The notes under the pieces were generated by a model, which made no database searches, was not told the origin of the DNA, and was given only the letters and a program-made list of their open reading frames with translations. This document shows, one piece after another, positions 56,291 to 63,987 of a stretch of DNA of 64,000 nucleotides. The position numbers and the translations under genes were made by a program. Location: the NCBI GenBank assembly GCA_043804695.1, contig JAZDIV010000106.1, positions 344 to 64,343 of the forward strand. The letters are read 5' to 3'. The stretch comes from PVC group bacterium. GTDB lineage: Bacteria; Auribacterota; Erginobacteria; Erginobacterales; Erginobacteraceae. How positions within the stretch are numbered: the stretch's first letter is position 1; each line of letters opens with the position of its first letter.

Positions 56291-56593
56291 ATGATAGCCG
56301 GAATGATCGCTAAACGCATGGAAGGCGGGTATCAGCTGGAAAGCCCTACCATCAACGGGGTTTTTGTCGTGAAGCTCACCCTCACCGATGATGGGAAAGA
56401 GTGCCTGGAGACCTGTTCCACCTCGGTCGGGGTCTGCTTCCCTCGCCAGGCTCTGGAGCCGGGGACGATCGAGAAAATAGTCGGCCCCCAGCGCTGGCAG
56501 CATTTCCAGGAGATGAAGGCAAAAGGGCTCGACCAGATGTTCGTCGATCCCCAGCGGCCGACGTGCCGGGCCCAGGCCCCCCGGACCTGGTAA
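56291..56593 (+). CDS. hypothetical protein (weak call)
   Basis: 100-aa ORF with no recognisable motif. It is not GcvT. Confidence 0.25.
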   Translation: MIAGMIAKRMEGGYQLESPTINGVFVVKLTLTDDGKECLETCSTSVGVCFPRQALEPGTIEKIVGPQRWQHFQEMKAKGLDQMFVDPQRPTCRAQAPRTW

Positions 56594-56596
56594 CTA

Positions 56597-56632
56597 TTTT
56601 TTATTGCCGCGGTAAACCGCGGCAATAAAAAA
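56597..56632. promoter_or_regulatory. perfect 16-bp-stem palindrome just 5' of the gcvH ribosome-binding site
   Basis: TTTTTTATTGCCGCGG-taaa-CCGCGGCAATAAAAAA, then AAAAGGAGG and ATG 56649. The T-run precedes and the A-run follows, so it is not a canonical intrinsic terminator on either strand. Confidence 0.5.
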
Positions 56633-56648
56633 TAAAAAGGAGGTTCGT

Positions 56649-57035
56649 ATGAACCCGCAGGAACTGATCTTCACGAAGGACCACGAATGGATCGAAGCCG
56701 GCAAACCGATCGCCCGGGTGGGCATCTCCGATTATGCCCAGAAAGAGCTGACCGATGTGGTTTATGTTGAGCTCCCGGAAGGAGGAACTGAAGTGAAGCC
56801 GGGGGACAGCATCGTCACTCTGGAATCCGTGAAAGCGACCTCCGATGTCTACGCGCCGGCCGCGGGAAAGATCGCCGCGGTCAATCTCGACCTGGAGGAC
56901 AACCCGCAGAAGATCAATGAAGATCCCTACGGCGCCGGCTGGCTGGTCGAGATCGAGATCTCCGACCCCGCTCCTCTCGGGAACCTGATGGATTACGATG
57001 CCTACACGAAGTACCTGGAGGCGGCCGGCGAGTAA
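56649..57035 (+). CDS. gcvH: glycine cleavage system protein H
   Basis: ISDYAQKELTDVVYVELPE...LESVKATSDVYAPAAGKI (lipoyl-lysine motif). Confidence 0.95.
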   Translation: MNPQELIFTKDHEWIEAGKPIARVGISDYAQKELTDVVYVELPEGGTEVKPGDSIVTLESVKATSDVYAPAAGKIAAVNLDLEDNPQKINEDPYGAGWLVEIEISDPAPLGNLMDYDAYTKYLEAAGE

Positions 57036-58375
57036 TGCGGTACATCGCGAACACGGAGAAACAGCGCCGGGAGATGCTGGAGGCGATCGGGGTCTCTTCC
57101 TTCGAAGACCTGATCGCCGCTATCCCCGAGCAGGTGCGGTTCCAGGGCGGCCTCGATATCCCCGGCCCCCTTTCGGAAGCGGCATTGCTGGAAAAATTCG
57201 CCGCTCTCTCCCGCCGCAATGCCGACTTTTCCACGATCAAGCCGTTAATCGGCGCGGGTGCCTACCGGCACCACGTTCCCCGGGTGATTCCGGCCCTTCT
57301 CTCCCGGGAGGAGTTTTATACCGCCTACACCCCGTATCAGCCGGAACTCAGCCAGGGCATCCTTCAGGCCATGTTCGAGTTCCAGTCGTATCTGGTCCGG
57401 CTGACCGGGATGGAGGTGATCATCCCGTCAATGTATGATGGCGCCTCGGCCGCCGCGGAGGCGGTACTGATGTCGCTCCGCCTGACGAAGAAAAACCGGA
57501 TCGCCGTTGCCTCCACCCTGCATCCCCACTACCGGTCGGTCATCGAGACCTACAGCGCTCCCCACGGGACGGAGATCGTCGAGATCCCGTGCCGGAACGG
57601 ACTGGTCGGGAGCGAGGATCTGGCGGAAACCCTGACCGACGAAACGGCCGCCGTGATCGTCCAGAGTCCGAATTTCTTCGGGGGAATAGAGAGCGTCGGT
57701 GAGCTGGCGGGACTGGCCCATAGCCGGGCCGCGTTATTGATCCAGGTGGTCGCGGAGAGCCTCTCGCTGGGCATCTTGAAGGCGCCGGGCAGGATGGATG
57801 TCGATATTGTCGCCGGGGAGGCCCAGTCGCTGGGCATGGACCTCGGTTTCGGCGGCCCCTATAACGGTTACCTGGCGGCGCGGAAAGAATTCCTCCGCCA
57901 GCTCCCCGGCAGGATCGTGGGAGAGACGTCCGACCGGGACGGCAAGCGGGCCTTCGTGATGACCTCCCGGGCCCGGGAACAGGACATCAGGAGGGAAAAG
58001 GCGACCTCCTGCATCTGCTCCAACCACGGCCTGCACATCGTCGCCTCCGACATCTATCTCTCCCTGCTGGGTACGGAAGGCCTTTACGAGGTCGCGGTTC
58101 TCAACACCCGGGCTGCCCATTACCTGGAGAGGAAATTGGTGGCGACGGGCCTCTTTGATCGGGTCTTTGGCTGCCCGTTCTTCAACGAATTTCTGCTCAA
58201 GAGCAAAAAACCGCTGGAGGAGGCGGGCGAAAAACTGATGGCAGGCGGGTTCATCCCGCCGCTCGCGGCCGGCGTCTTTCTTGGCGATGAATCGCTGGAA
58301 GACACGGCCCTCTTCGCGGTGACCGAGATCTTCACCCGCGACGACCTCGACCGCGTCGTCCGGCTGCTTTCTTAA
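57035..58375 (+). CDS. gcvPA: glycine dehydrogenase (decarboxylating), subunit 1
   Basis: MRYI.NTE.QR.EML, FYTAYTPYQPELSQG and ATSCICSN are typical GcvPA motifs. TAATG junction with gcvH. Confidence 0.95.
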   Translation: MRYIANTEKQRREMLEAIGVSSFEDLIAAIPEQVRFQGGLDIPGPLSEAALLEKFAALSRRNADFSTIKPLIGAGAYRHHVPRVIPALLSREEFYTAYTPYQPELSQGILQAMFEFQSYLVRLTGMEVIIPSMYDGASAAAEAVLMSLRLTKKNRIAVASTLHPHYRSVIETYSAPHGTEIVEIPCRNGLVGSEDLAETLTDETAAVIVQSPNFFGGIESVGELAGLAHSRAALLIQVVAESLSLGILKAPGRMDVDIVAGEAQSLGMDLGFGGPYNGYLAARKEFLRQLPGRIVGETSDRDGKRAFVMTSRAREQDIRREKATSCICSNHGLHIVASDIYLSLLGTEGLYEVAVLNTRAAHYLERKLVATGLFDRVFGCPFFNEFLLKSKKPLEEAGEKLMAGGFIPPLAAGVFLGDESLEDTALFAVTEIFTRDDLDRVVRLLS

Positions 58376-58545
58376 ATTTTCGCCACCAAGGCACAAAGAC
58401 ACGAAGATAATGTTGATAATCATATGGGAATCAGGATGTTCATGTCTCATTACTCCAGCACTCCAAGACTCCATTATTCCATTGTTCCCCTCCCGTCTTT
58501 CTTGGTGACTTGGTGTCTTAGTGGCTAAATCAAGGGAAAAGGGTC

Positions 58546-60042
58546 ATGAAGGTAATATTTGAAAAAAGCGTCCCGGGACGGGAAGGCTATTCGCTTCCCC
58601 GGGACCGGTTCGAAGACATCCCCCTGGACGACTGCATCCCCCCCGCCGCCCGGGGGGAGAAGAAGGCCCTGGTCGAGGTCTCGGAGGTTGACGTTGTCCG
58701 GCATTTTACCCGGCTCTCCAAGTTCAACTACGGCATCGAGGACGGCCTCTATCCCCTGGGTTCCTGCACGATGAAGTATAATCCCAAGGTCAACGAGCAC
58801 CTGGCCTCGCTGGACAGCTTTCGCCACGCCCACCCCTTCGCCCCCGAGGCCGCCGTCCAGGGCTGCCTGCAGATCATGTACGAGCTGAGCGGGCTTCTCT
58901 GCCGGATAACCGGGATGGACGCCTATACGCTGGCACCCGCGGCCGGCGCCCACGGCGAACTGACCGGCGTTTTGATCATCCGGAAGTATTTTGAGGACCG
59001 GGGAGAGAAAAGGGGGAAGATGCTGGTCCCGGATTCCGCTCACGGGACCAACCCCGCCTCCTCCGCGATGGCCGGGTTCAGGATCGTGGAGCTGAAGTCG
59101 AACGACGCGGGGACCGTTGACATCGGGGAACTGGAGCGGGCGATGGACAGCACCACCGCCGGGCTGATGCTGACCAACCCCAACACGGTGGGGCTGTTCG
59201 ATGACCGGATCGACGAGATCGCCCGGATCGTGCACCGGAAGGGAGGCCTTCTCTACTACGACGGCGCCAATCTCAACGCCACCCTGGGCCTCCTCCGCCC
59301 GGGCGACACCGGATTCGACGTGGTTCACCTGAACCTCCACAAGACGTTTGCCACCCCCCACGGCGGGGGTGGTCCGGGCGCCGGCCCGGTGGGGGTGAAA
59401 AAATTCCTCTGTCCCTATCTCCCCTCGCCGGTTGTTGTCTTTGACGGTGGGAAATACCGGCTCCGAGACCCGGGCGAGAAGAGCATCGGGATGATGCGGG
59501 CGTTTTTCTGCAACTTTTCGGTCCTGGTCAAAGCCTACGCCTGGATCCTCTCGATGGGACCCGGGGGTCTGCGGGAGGCCTCAGAGGCCGCCGTCATCAA
59601 CGCCAACTATGTGCTGGCGAAATTAAAAAACTATTTCCGCCCCTCCTACGGCGGCTTCTGCGCCCACGAGTGCGTGCTGACCGGCCGCGATTACAAGCAG
59701 TACGGGGTCAAGACCTTGGACATCGCCAAGCGGCTGATGGATTACGGCTACTATCCCCCAACCATTTATTTCCCCCACTTCGAGCCCCACGCCGAGGAGA
59801 CGATGATGGTGGAGCCCTGCGAGTCGGAAGGGAAAGAGACGCTGGACGACTTTATCGCGGCCCTGATCAGGATCTCGGAAGAAGCCCGGACCGACCCGGA
59901 GCTGGTGCGGAACGCCCCCCACACCACCCGGATCCGCCGGACCGACGATGTCCTGGCCGCCCGCCGCCCGATCCTTCACTACGACGACGAGCTTCGGATG
60001 AAAGACAAGCTAAACTACCGCCCGGAAGATATCACCTTCTAA
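58546..60042 (+). CDS. gcvPB: glycine dehydrogenase (decarboxylating), subunit 2
   Basis: LGSCTMKYNPK and HLNLHKTFATPHGGGGPG (PLP-lysine region) are typical of GcvPB. Confidence 0.95.
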   Translation: MKVIFEKSVPGREGYSLPRDRFEDIPLDDCIPPAARGEKKALVEVSEVDVVRHFTRLSKFNYGIEDGLYPLGSCTMKYNPKVNEHLASLDSFRHAHPFAPEAAVQGCLQIMYELSGLLCRITGMDAYTLAPAAGAHGELTGVLIIRKYFEDRGEKRGKMLVPDSAHGTNPASSAMAGFRIVELKSNDAGTVDIGELERAMDSTTAGLMLTNPNTVGLFDDRIDEIARIVHRKGGLLYYDGANLNATLGLLRPGDTGFDVVHLNLHKTFATPHGGGGPGAGPVGVKKFLCPYLPSPVVVFDGGKYRLRDPGEKSIGMMRAFFCNFSVLVKAYAWILSMGPGGLREASEAAVINANYVLAKLKNYFRPSYGGFCAHECVLTGRDYKQYGVKTLDIAKRLMDYGYYPPTIYFPHFEPHAEETMMVEPCESEGKETLDDFIAALIRISEEARTDPELVRNAPHTTRIRRTDDVLAARRPILHYDDELRMKDKLNYRPEDITF

Positions 60043-60080
60043 AAACAGCCCCTTCCTCGGTAGAGGAAGGGGCTGTTTTT
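60041..60080. terminator. bidirectional rho-independent terminator after gcvPB
   Basis: AAAAACAGCCCCTTCCtcggtagaGGAAGGGGCTGTTTTT (A-run, GC stem, T-run). Confidence 0.85.
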
Positions 60081-60157
60081 AGAACGTCGAGCATGACCCT
60101 CAAATCAACCCGCGCAAAGCGCGGGTTGATTTGAGGGTGTCCATGCTCTTGTTCTCC
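60081..60157 (-). other. attC-like site D (77 bp), distal end of the array
   Basis: Read on the minus strand: GGAGAAC-aagag-CATGGACACCCTCAAATCAACCCGCGC-ttt-GCGCGGGTTGATTTGAGGGTCATG-ctcgac-GTTCT. The arm next to the ORF carries extra unpaired bases. Confidence 0.45.
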
Positions 60158-60166
60158 GCTCCCTGT

Positions 60167-60412
60167 CTACATGGCAACAGGGGTAAGCGTGAAGACGCGG
60201 GCAAGGCCGCTTGCGTCCTTGAGGTCACCTCGACGAAGCGCTTCGCGCACATCGTCCAGCCTGTAGGCGTCGTCCAGGGAAAGATATGGGGACCAGCCGG
60301 TGTCTGAGTCAATCAACTCCACATCGACTTCTGCCACGTAGTCTCCCTCATGAACGAGCTTCGTGTGATGCCTGGTTGTCATGTCCTTCTGCTCCTGAAA
60401 CCATTTGTCCAT
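60167..60412 (-). CDS. small conserved hypothetical protein
   Basis: KLVHEGDYVAEVDVELIDSDTGWSPYLSLDDAYRLDDVREALRRGDLKDASGLARVFTLTPVA. I recall this pattern from widespread about 80-aa proteins of unknown function. Start set at ATG 60412, because the longer ORF runs into the REP element. Confidence 0.5.
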   Translation of the reverse strand: MDKWFQEQKDMTTRHHTKLVHEGDYVAEVDVELIDSDTGWSPYLSLDDAYRLDDVREALRRGDLKDASGLARVFTLTPVAM

Positions 60413-60485
60413 TTGGCTGCATCCAATGGTTAGACAAGTTACTGTTACTAATGAGAGCGGGTTATAGGTTGCATCCATCACGATA

Positions 60486-60583
60486 GTCATTGCGAGCGAA
60501 GCGAAGCAATCCCGTCATTTTGGATAAGAGGTGGTTATGAATGAAAAAATAGATTGCTTCGCCCCTTCGGGGCTCGCAATGAC
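60486..60583. repeat. REP-like palindromic element, copy 3
   Basis: GTCATTGCGAGCGAAGCGAAGCAATC...GATTGCTTCGCCCCTTCGGGGCTCGCAATGAC. Confidence 0.8.
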
Positions 60584-60657
60584 ATTTCAGGGTTTACCGG
60601 ACAGCCCCTCAAGGGCTGTCCCCGATCTTGATTCTCTAAAAATGCCCCGGCAAGCCG

Positions 60658-62325
60658 TTATTTTTTCTGCTGGGCATACCGAAAAGTGTTCCCGAGGCGC
60701 TCCAGGCCTGCAGAGCAGTCACGGTTTGGCAGGCAGGCCTCGATGAGCACGAGTTTGTCCTTCTCCTGAGCGGCGATTTTCATGGCCCGCTCCAGTTCTT
60801 CCTCCGTGGTGACCCGGAGACCGATAGCATGGGATCCATCATCAAACACCTCGGGCAGTCTTGAGTATTGCCACATCTGAATGTCGTTATACGGACCGTC
60901 TTCATGGAGGACCCGTTCGATCAGATAGCCGTCGTTGTTGATGACCAATATCAGGGCGGGACAACGTTCCCGGATCAGGGTGGAGACCTCCTGCGCTGTC
61001 ATCTGGAAGGCGCCGTCACCGGTGAGCACTACCGGCCGTTTTTTGGGACGCGCCAGCGCCACGCCTAATGCTGCCGGGGTACAGTAACCGATGGAGCAAT
61101 AGAAGGCTTGGACAATGAAGTTCTCAGCCTCTTCAATATGAAATTCAGGGGCTGCGCAGAAGGCGTCACCGGGTTCTGCGAGAAGAATCATCTGGTCGTC
61201 GAGAAAATGGTTCAGACATTCGTATAGGCGGGGCGCTGTCAGAACACACGATGCCTCAGGCACGAACAGTTTCTTGGGATGATAGGATTCAGCCGGATGG
61301 GAGGCCAAGTAAGAACGAGGTTGAACCGCCAAAGTCAGCCTTCGGATGAAATCTCCCAATTGTATTTGATGGTAATAATGGTTGCCGACACGGACCTGGC
61401 CTCCTCCGGCGGCAATCATCCGCCGGTTGTCGAGATTTACGCTGAACAGGCCCGTGTCCAGTTCGGTCATCCAAACCCCGAGAGACAAGAGGCAGTCGGA
61501 ATTCTCTACCTGTCGGCGGACCGCTTCCCGGCTCCAGCCACCTTGGTAGATGCCTTCAAACTGTGGATGAAGCTCCGGCAATACAGACTTACTGCTGAGC
61601 ATTGTGGCAAAAGGAATCTCCGCAGTTTCAACCAGATGAAGTGCTTCGCTCCCAAGGCCGAGCCGGAGCAATTCCACGCCGGCCAGCAGCAGGGGATGAT
61701 CGGAGCTATTGAGCATCTCCGCGGCCTCTGATACGCACTCTGCCAGGCTATCCTCGTCGGAGGACAATGGTGTGTGATCAGGTAGTTCCTCCGGCGGGCG
61801 ACATGGGGCGTAAGCTATATCGGCAGGGATCTCCAGATATACGGGCAACTTCCGAGCGACACAATTCCGGATAACGCGGTCAATCTCCTCAGGAGCGGTA
61901 TTGGGGTCCGTCAGTAGGGCCGCATCGGTCGTCACTTTCCTGAAGATCTCCAACTGCAGGTAGTAGTTGGAAACGAGGTGATGAACCAGGGCGCCCGATT
62001 CTCTGCGTCGGGCCGGCGGGGCTCCGCTGATGACGATCAGGGGCACATGCTCGGCAAATGCCCCTGCTGCGGCGTTCAAAATGCTCAGTCCCCCGACACC
62101 ATAAGTCACAACTGCGGCACCTACGCCGTTTATACGGGCATAGCCGTCTGCTGCATATCCGGCGTTCAGCTCGTTGCAGTTTCCTACCCATTGGATGGGA
62201 CTGGCAACAACCGCGTCCAGGAAATCCAGTACATAATCCCCGGGAACGCCGAAGAGGTGTCTAATACCGATTTCCCGCAGGCGACTGAGAAGGTAACTGG
62301 AAACCGTGTAGCTCGCGTTCATCAA
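60658..62325 (-). CDS. thiamine-diphosphate-dependent alpha-keto-acid decarboxylase (indolepyruvate/phenylpyruvate/pyruvate decarboxylase family)
   Basis: YLLSRLREIGIRHLFGVPGDYVLDFLD, NELNAGYAADGYAR and the TPP-binding GDGAFQMTAQEVST...NNDGY. AAGGAGAG SD 5 nt upstream of the ATG. Confidence 0.85.
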   Translation of the reverse strand: MMNASYTVSSYLLSRLREIGIRHLFGVPGDYVLDFLDAVVASPIQWVGNCNELNAGYAADGYARINGVGAAVVTYGVGGLSILNAAAGAFAEHVPLIVISGAPPARRRESGALVHHLVSNYYLQLEIFRKVTTDAALLTDPNTAPEEIDRVIRNCVARKLPVYLEIPADIAYAPCRPPEELPDHTPLSSDEDSLAECVSEAAEMLNSSDHPLLLAGVELLRLGLGSEALHLVETAEIPFATMLSSKSVLPELHPQFEGIYQGGWSREAVRRQVENSDCLLSLGVWMTELDTGLFSVNLDNRRMIAAGGGQVRVGNHYYHQIQLGDFIRRLTLAVQPRSYLASHPAESYHPKKLFVPEASCVLTAPRLYECLNHFLDDQMILLAEPGDAFCAAPEFHIEEAENFIVQAFYCSIGYCTPAALGVALARPKKRPVVLTGDGAFQMTAQEVSTLIRERCPALILVINNDGYLIERVLHEDGPYNDIQMWQYSRLPEVFDDGSHAIGLRVTTEEELERAMKIAAQEKDKLVLIEACLPNRDCSAGLERLGNTFRYAQQKK

Positions 62326-62350
62326 GCTCTCCTTTACTCAAGAATTGTGG

Positions 62351-62477
62351 TCATAACGAGAAGCTAAGCAGCCGGAAGGGGACATAAAAAATCATACTAC
62401 CCGAAAAACCGACGGCAAAAACAAAACGTCTGACAGCCACACCAGCCCTTCCGGTCAGCTTGAGCGGGTAGTTATGC
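62351..62477 (-). other. attC-like site A (127 bp)
   Basis: Read on the minus strand: GCATAAC-taccc-GCTCAAGC...CCGGAAGGG stem...GCTTAGC-ttctc-GTTATGA. It starts 5 nt after the brnA stop. Full-length homologue of site B. Confidence 0.55.
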
Positions 62478-62482
62478 CTTGT

Positions 62483-62764
62483 TTAGGAAACTTTATCTGC
62501 AAACCTGCCATTGATATACTTATGAAGTATGCTGGAAATGAGGGTCTGATAGGGGAGACCCTCCTCCACAGCTTTTTTTTGGAAGTGAATGAGGTCCTTT
62601 TCGGTCATGCGAATGTTGACACGTTTGTCTTTTCGCAAGGTTGCCCTTGCGTAGTCCTGATAGCGTTTTACTTCCTTCTTGAAGTTCGGAATTCTCCGCC
62701 ATTCACCCCGCTCGACAGACTCTAGGATTTCCTTTTCTTCATTACTCAGTTTCATTGGAGTCAC
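62483..62764 (-). CDS. brnA: BrnA-like antitoxin (ribbon-helix-helix C-terminus)
   Basis: KDKRVNIRMTEKDLIHFQKKAVEEGLPYQTLISSILHKYINGRF matches the BrnA/COG5304-type pattern. Overlaps the upstream toxin gene by 23 nt. Confidence 0.7.
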   Translation of the reverse strand: MTPMKLSNEEKEILESVERGEWRRIPNFKKEVKRYQDYARATLRKDKRVNIRMTEKDLIHFQKKAVEEGLPYQTLISSILHKYINGRFADKVS

Positions 62765-63032
62765 CTCTTAGATAGTGTTTTGTCATTTTACTACTAGGTA
62801 TGATGGTCTTTAAAAAGACGCCGCAATTAGTCTCAACAAAAGGAACGATATAGGCATAGTCTTCAACTTCGATAATGAATATACGCTGGCCGGGGTATTT
62901 CTTCTGGTTCGGATGTACCATCGCATCGAGAAGTCCTTCATGGAGGAGATGAAAAATAATCTCCTCAAAAGTGATACCTCTCTCTTGGCGTAACCATTCA
63001 TTCTTATCTGGATTCCAGTCAAAATATTTCAT
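62742..63032 (-). CDS. brnT: BrnT-like toxin (DUF497 ribonuclease family)
   Basis: FDWNPDKNEWLRQERGITFEEI...RIFIIEVEDYAYIVPFVETNCGVFLKTIIPSSKMTKHY follows the BrnT pattern (F.WD..KN..L...RGI.FEE ... RIISAR-like C-terminus). Start at ATG 63032. Confidence 0.7.
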   Translation of the reverse strand: MKYFDWNPDKNEWLRQERGITFEEIIFHLLHEGLLDAMVHPNQKKYPGQRIFIIEVEDYAYIVPFVETNCGVFLKTIIPSSKMTKHYLRGDSNETE

Positions 63033-63038
63033 GATGTA

Positions 63039-63067
63039 AACATAGCACAACGTGTGCACGTTGGCAA
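63039..63067 (-). promoter_or_regulatory. cassette-internal promoter TTGCCA-17-TATGTT with embedded palindromic operator AACGTG-tg-CACGTT (63049-63062)
   Basis: Minus strand: TTGCCA (63067-63062), TATGTT (63044-63039), then 6 nt to ATG 63032, so the mRNA would be leaderless. The palindrome sits between -35 and -10. Confidence 0.5.
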
Positions 63068-63089
63068 CATATCTTTTGCTTCTTTTAAG

Positions 63090-63218
63090 GTATAACGGAG
63101 AGCTAAACTGCCGGAAGGGGCCGACGAAAAAAGTATGCTACCCGGAAAATACCGGCAAAAAATGAAACGTCCGATAGCTGCACCAGCCCTTCCGATCAGC
63201 TTGAGCGACTGGTTATGT
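63090..63218 (-). other. attC-like site B (129 bp)
   Basis: Read on the minus strand: ACATAAC-cagtc-GCTCAAGC...CGGAAGGG stem...GTTTAGC-tctcc-GTTATAC. Confidence 0.55.
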
Positions 63219-63261
63219 CCTGATACCTTGTCAAAATTTTTCTTTCTATATTTTCAGGGGA

Positions 63262-63477
63262 AGTCAGCAAGACCCCTGCCGCCTTGGCGGCAGGTGAATC
63301 AGTTCATCAGCTAACACCAGCGCCACCAAAATCCAAAGACCCCCGTCACTTTATGTGACGGGTGAATGAGTTCATCTGCTACAACGAGTTCCCGAACCCC
63401 CCGAGAGGGAGACCCCGTTGGTTAGCCTTTAAACTTTCTCCCCTGCCACCCGAGGTGGCAGGGGCCGTTTTGGTTTT
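63262..63477 (+). ncRNA. candidate structured small RNA (three about 70-nt AGACCCC-hairpin units ending in an intrinsic terminator)
   Basis: Possible promoter TTGTCA (63228)-16-TATTTT (63250). Units start at about 63269, 63337 and 63409. Terminator at 63440-63477. No convincing ORF on either strand. Confidence 0.3.
63440..63477 (+). terminator. rho-independent terminator (plus strand)
   Basis: CCCCTGCCACC-cga-GGTGGCAGGGG followed by CCGTTTTGGTTTT. Confidence 0.65.
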
Positions 63478-63548
63478 GCTGCCGGATGTAGCTGTTGAAC
63501 TAATACTCCGGCGAGACAAGCTCGCCGGGGGTAATTTAATATTCTATG

Positions 63549-63783
63549 ACATAACGGAGAGCTGAGCAGAGTCGGCCTAATGACGGGCTTGCCCGGCGAT
63601 TAGGCCGAGTTCTGCTCCAGCGGCTGGATAGGCGGAGCGCAAGCGAAGCCTGTCAATCCGAGGGAGCAGCTTGCTGCTCAGCTCTCCGATAAGCGGGACC
63701 GCTTGCGGTCCCGCTTATCGACCAAGCTCAGCTGCCAGAGCCCGCATCGCGGGCTCTGGTCTGCTGGAGGGAATGCGTTAGGC
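63549..63783 (-). other. attC-like site C (long/composite, 235 bp)
   Basis: On the minus strand a perfect inverse core GCCTAAC (63783-63777) overlaps the TAA stop of the 63778-63987 ORF. The far end, GCTCAGC-tctcc-GTTATGT, is homologous to the same end of sites A and B. The interior holds several extra hairpins. Confidence 0.4.
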
Positions 63784-63987
63784 GTATTCGAAGACTGGCG
63801 TCTCGACAGTTCGAATGGGATTCTTGTTGCTCCGGATGGTTTGTTGGATATGCTCGACTGTCTCAGGAGCAAAGAACTGTTCTCCCGTTTCTCTACACAC
63901 TCGAGCAGGAACATGTTCAATGAGATAGAACTTTCCATCATGTTCGAGACTGTAAGTTACGGTTGTTTCAATCATTGTTTCTTTCAT
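63778..63987 (-). CDS. small YgiT/MqsA-N-terminal-like protein (antitoxin-like; Cys ligands degenerate)
   Basis: YLIEHVPARVCRETGEQFFAPETVEHIQQ resembles the VP..VC..CGE.YF..ET motif of YgiT-type zinc-finger antitoxin domains. A partner gene may lie beyond the window. Confidence 0.45.
   Translation of the reverse strand: MKETMIETTVTYSLEHDGKFYLIEHVPARVCRETGEQFFAPETVEHIQQTIRSNKNPIRTVETPVFEYA

Noticed and set aside
56053-56319. 88-aa minus-strand and 61-aa plus-strand ORFs over the GGTAAC-rich region upstream of gcvH
   Set aside because: Their translations are VT/GN/GY low-complexity products of the GGTAAC/GGTTAC repeats. I treat the region as repeat/structured DNA, not as coding sequence.
63269-63480. 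Tandem repeat units considered as a mini CRISPR array
   Set aside because: The units are not identical, the intervening segments are only about 20-24 nt, there are just three units, and there are no cas genes. They fit a structured RNA or hairpin array better.
63362-63565. 67-aa plus-strand ORF inside the ORF-less cassette
   Set aside because: It runs straight through hairpins, the intrinsic terminator and the attC-like box. It starts at a non-ATG codon without an SD, and its composition is not protein-like.
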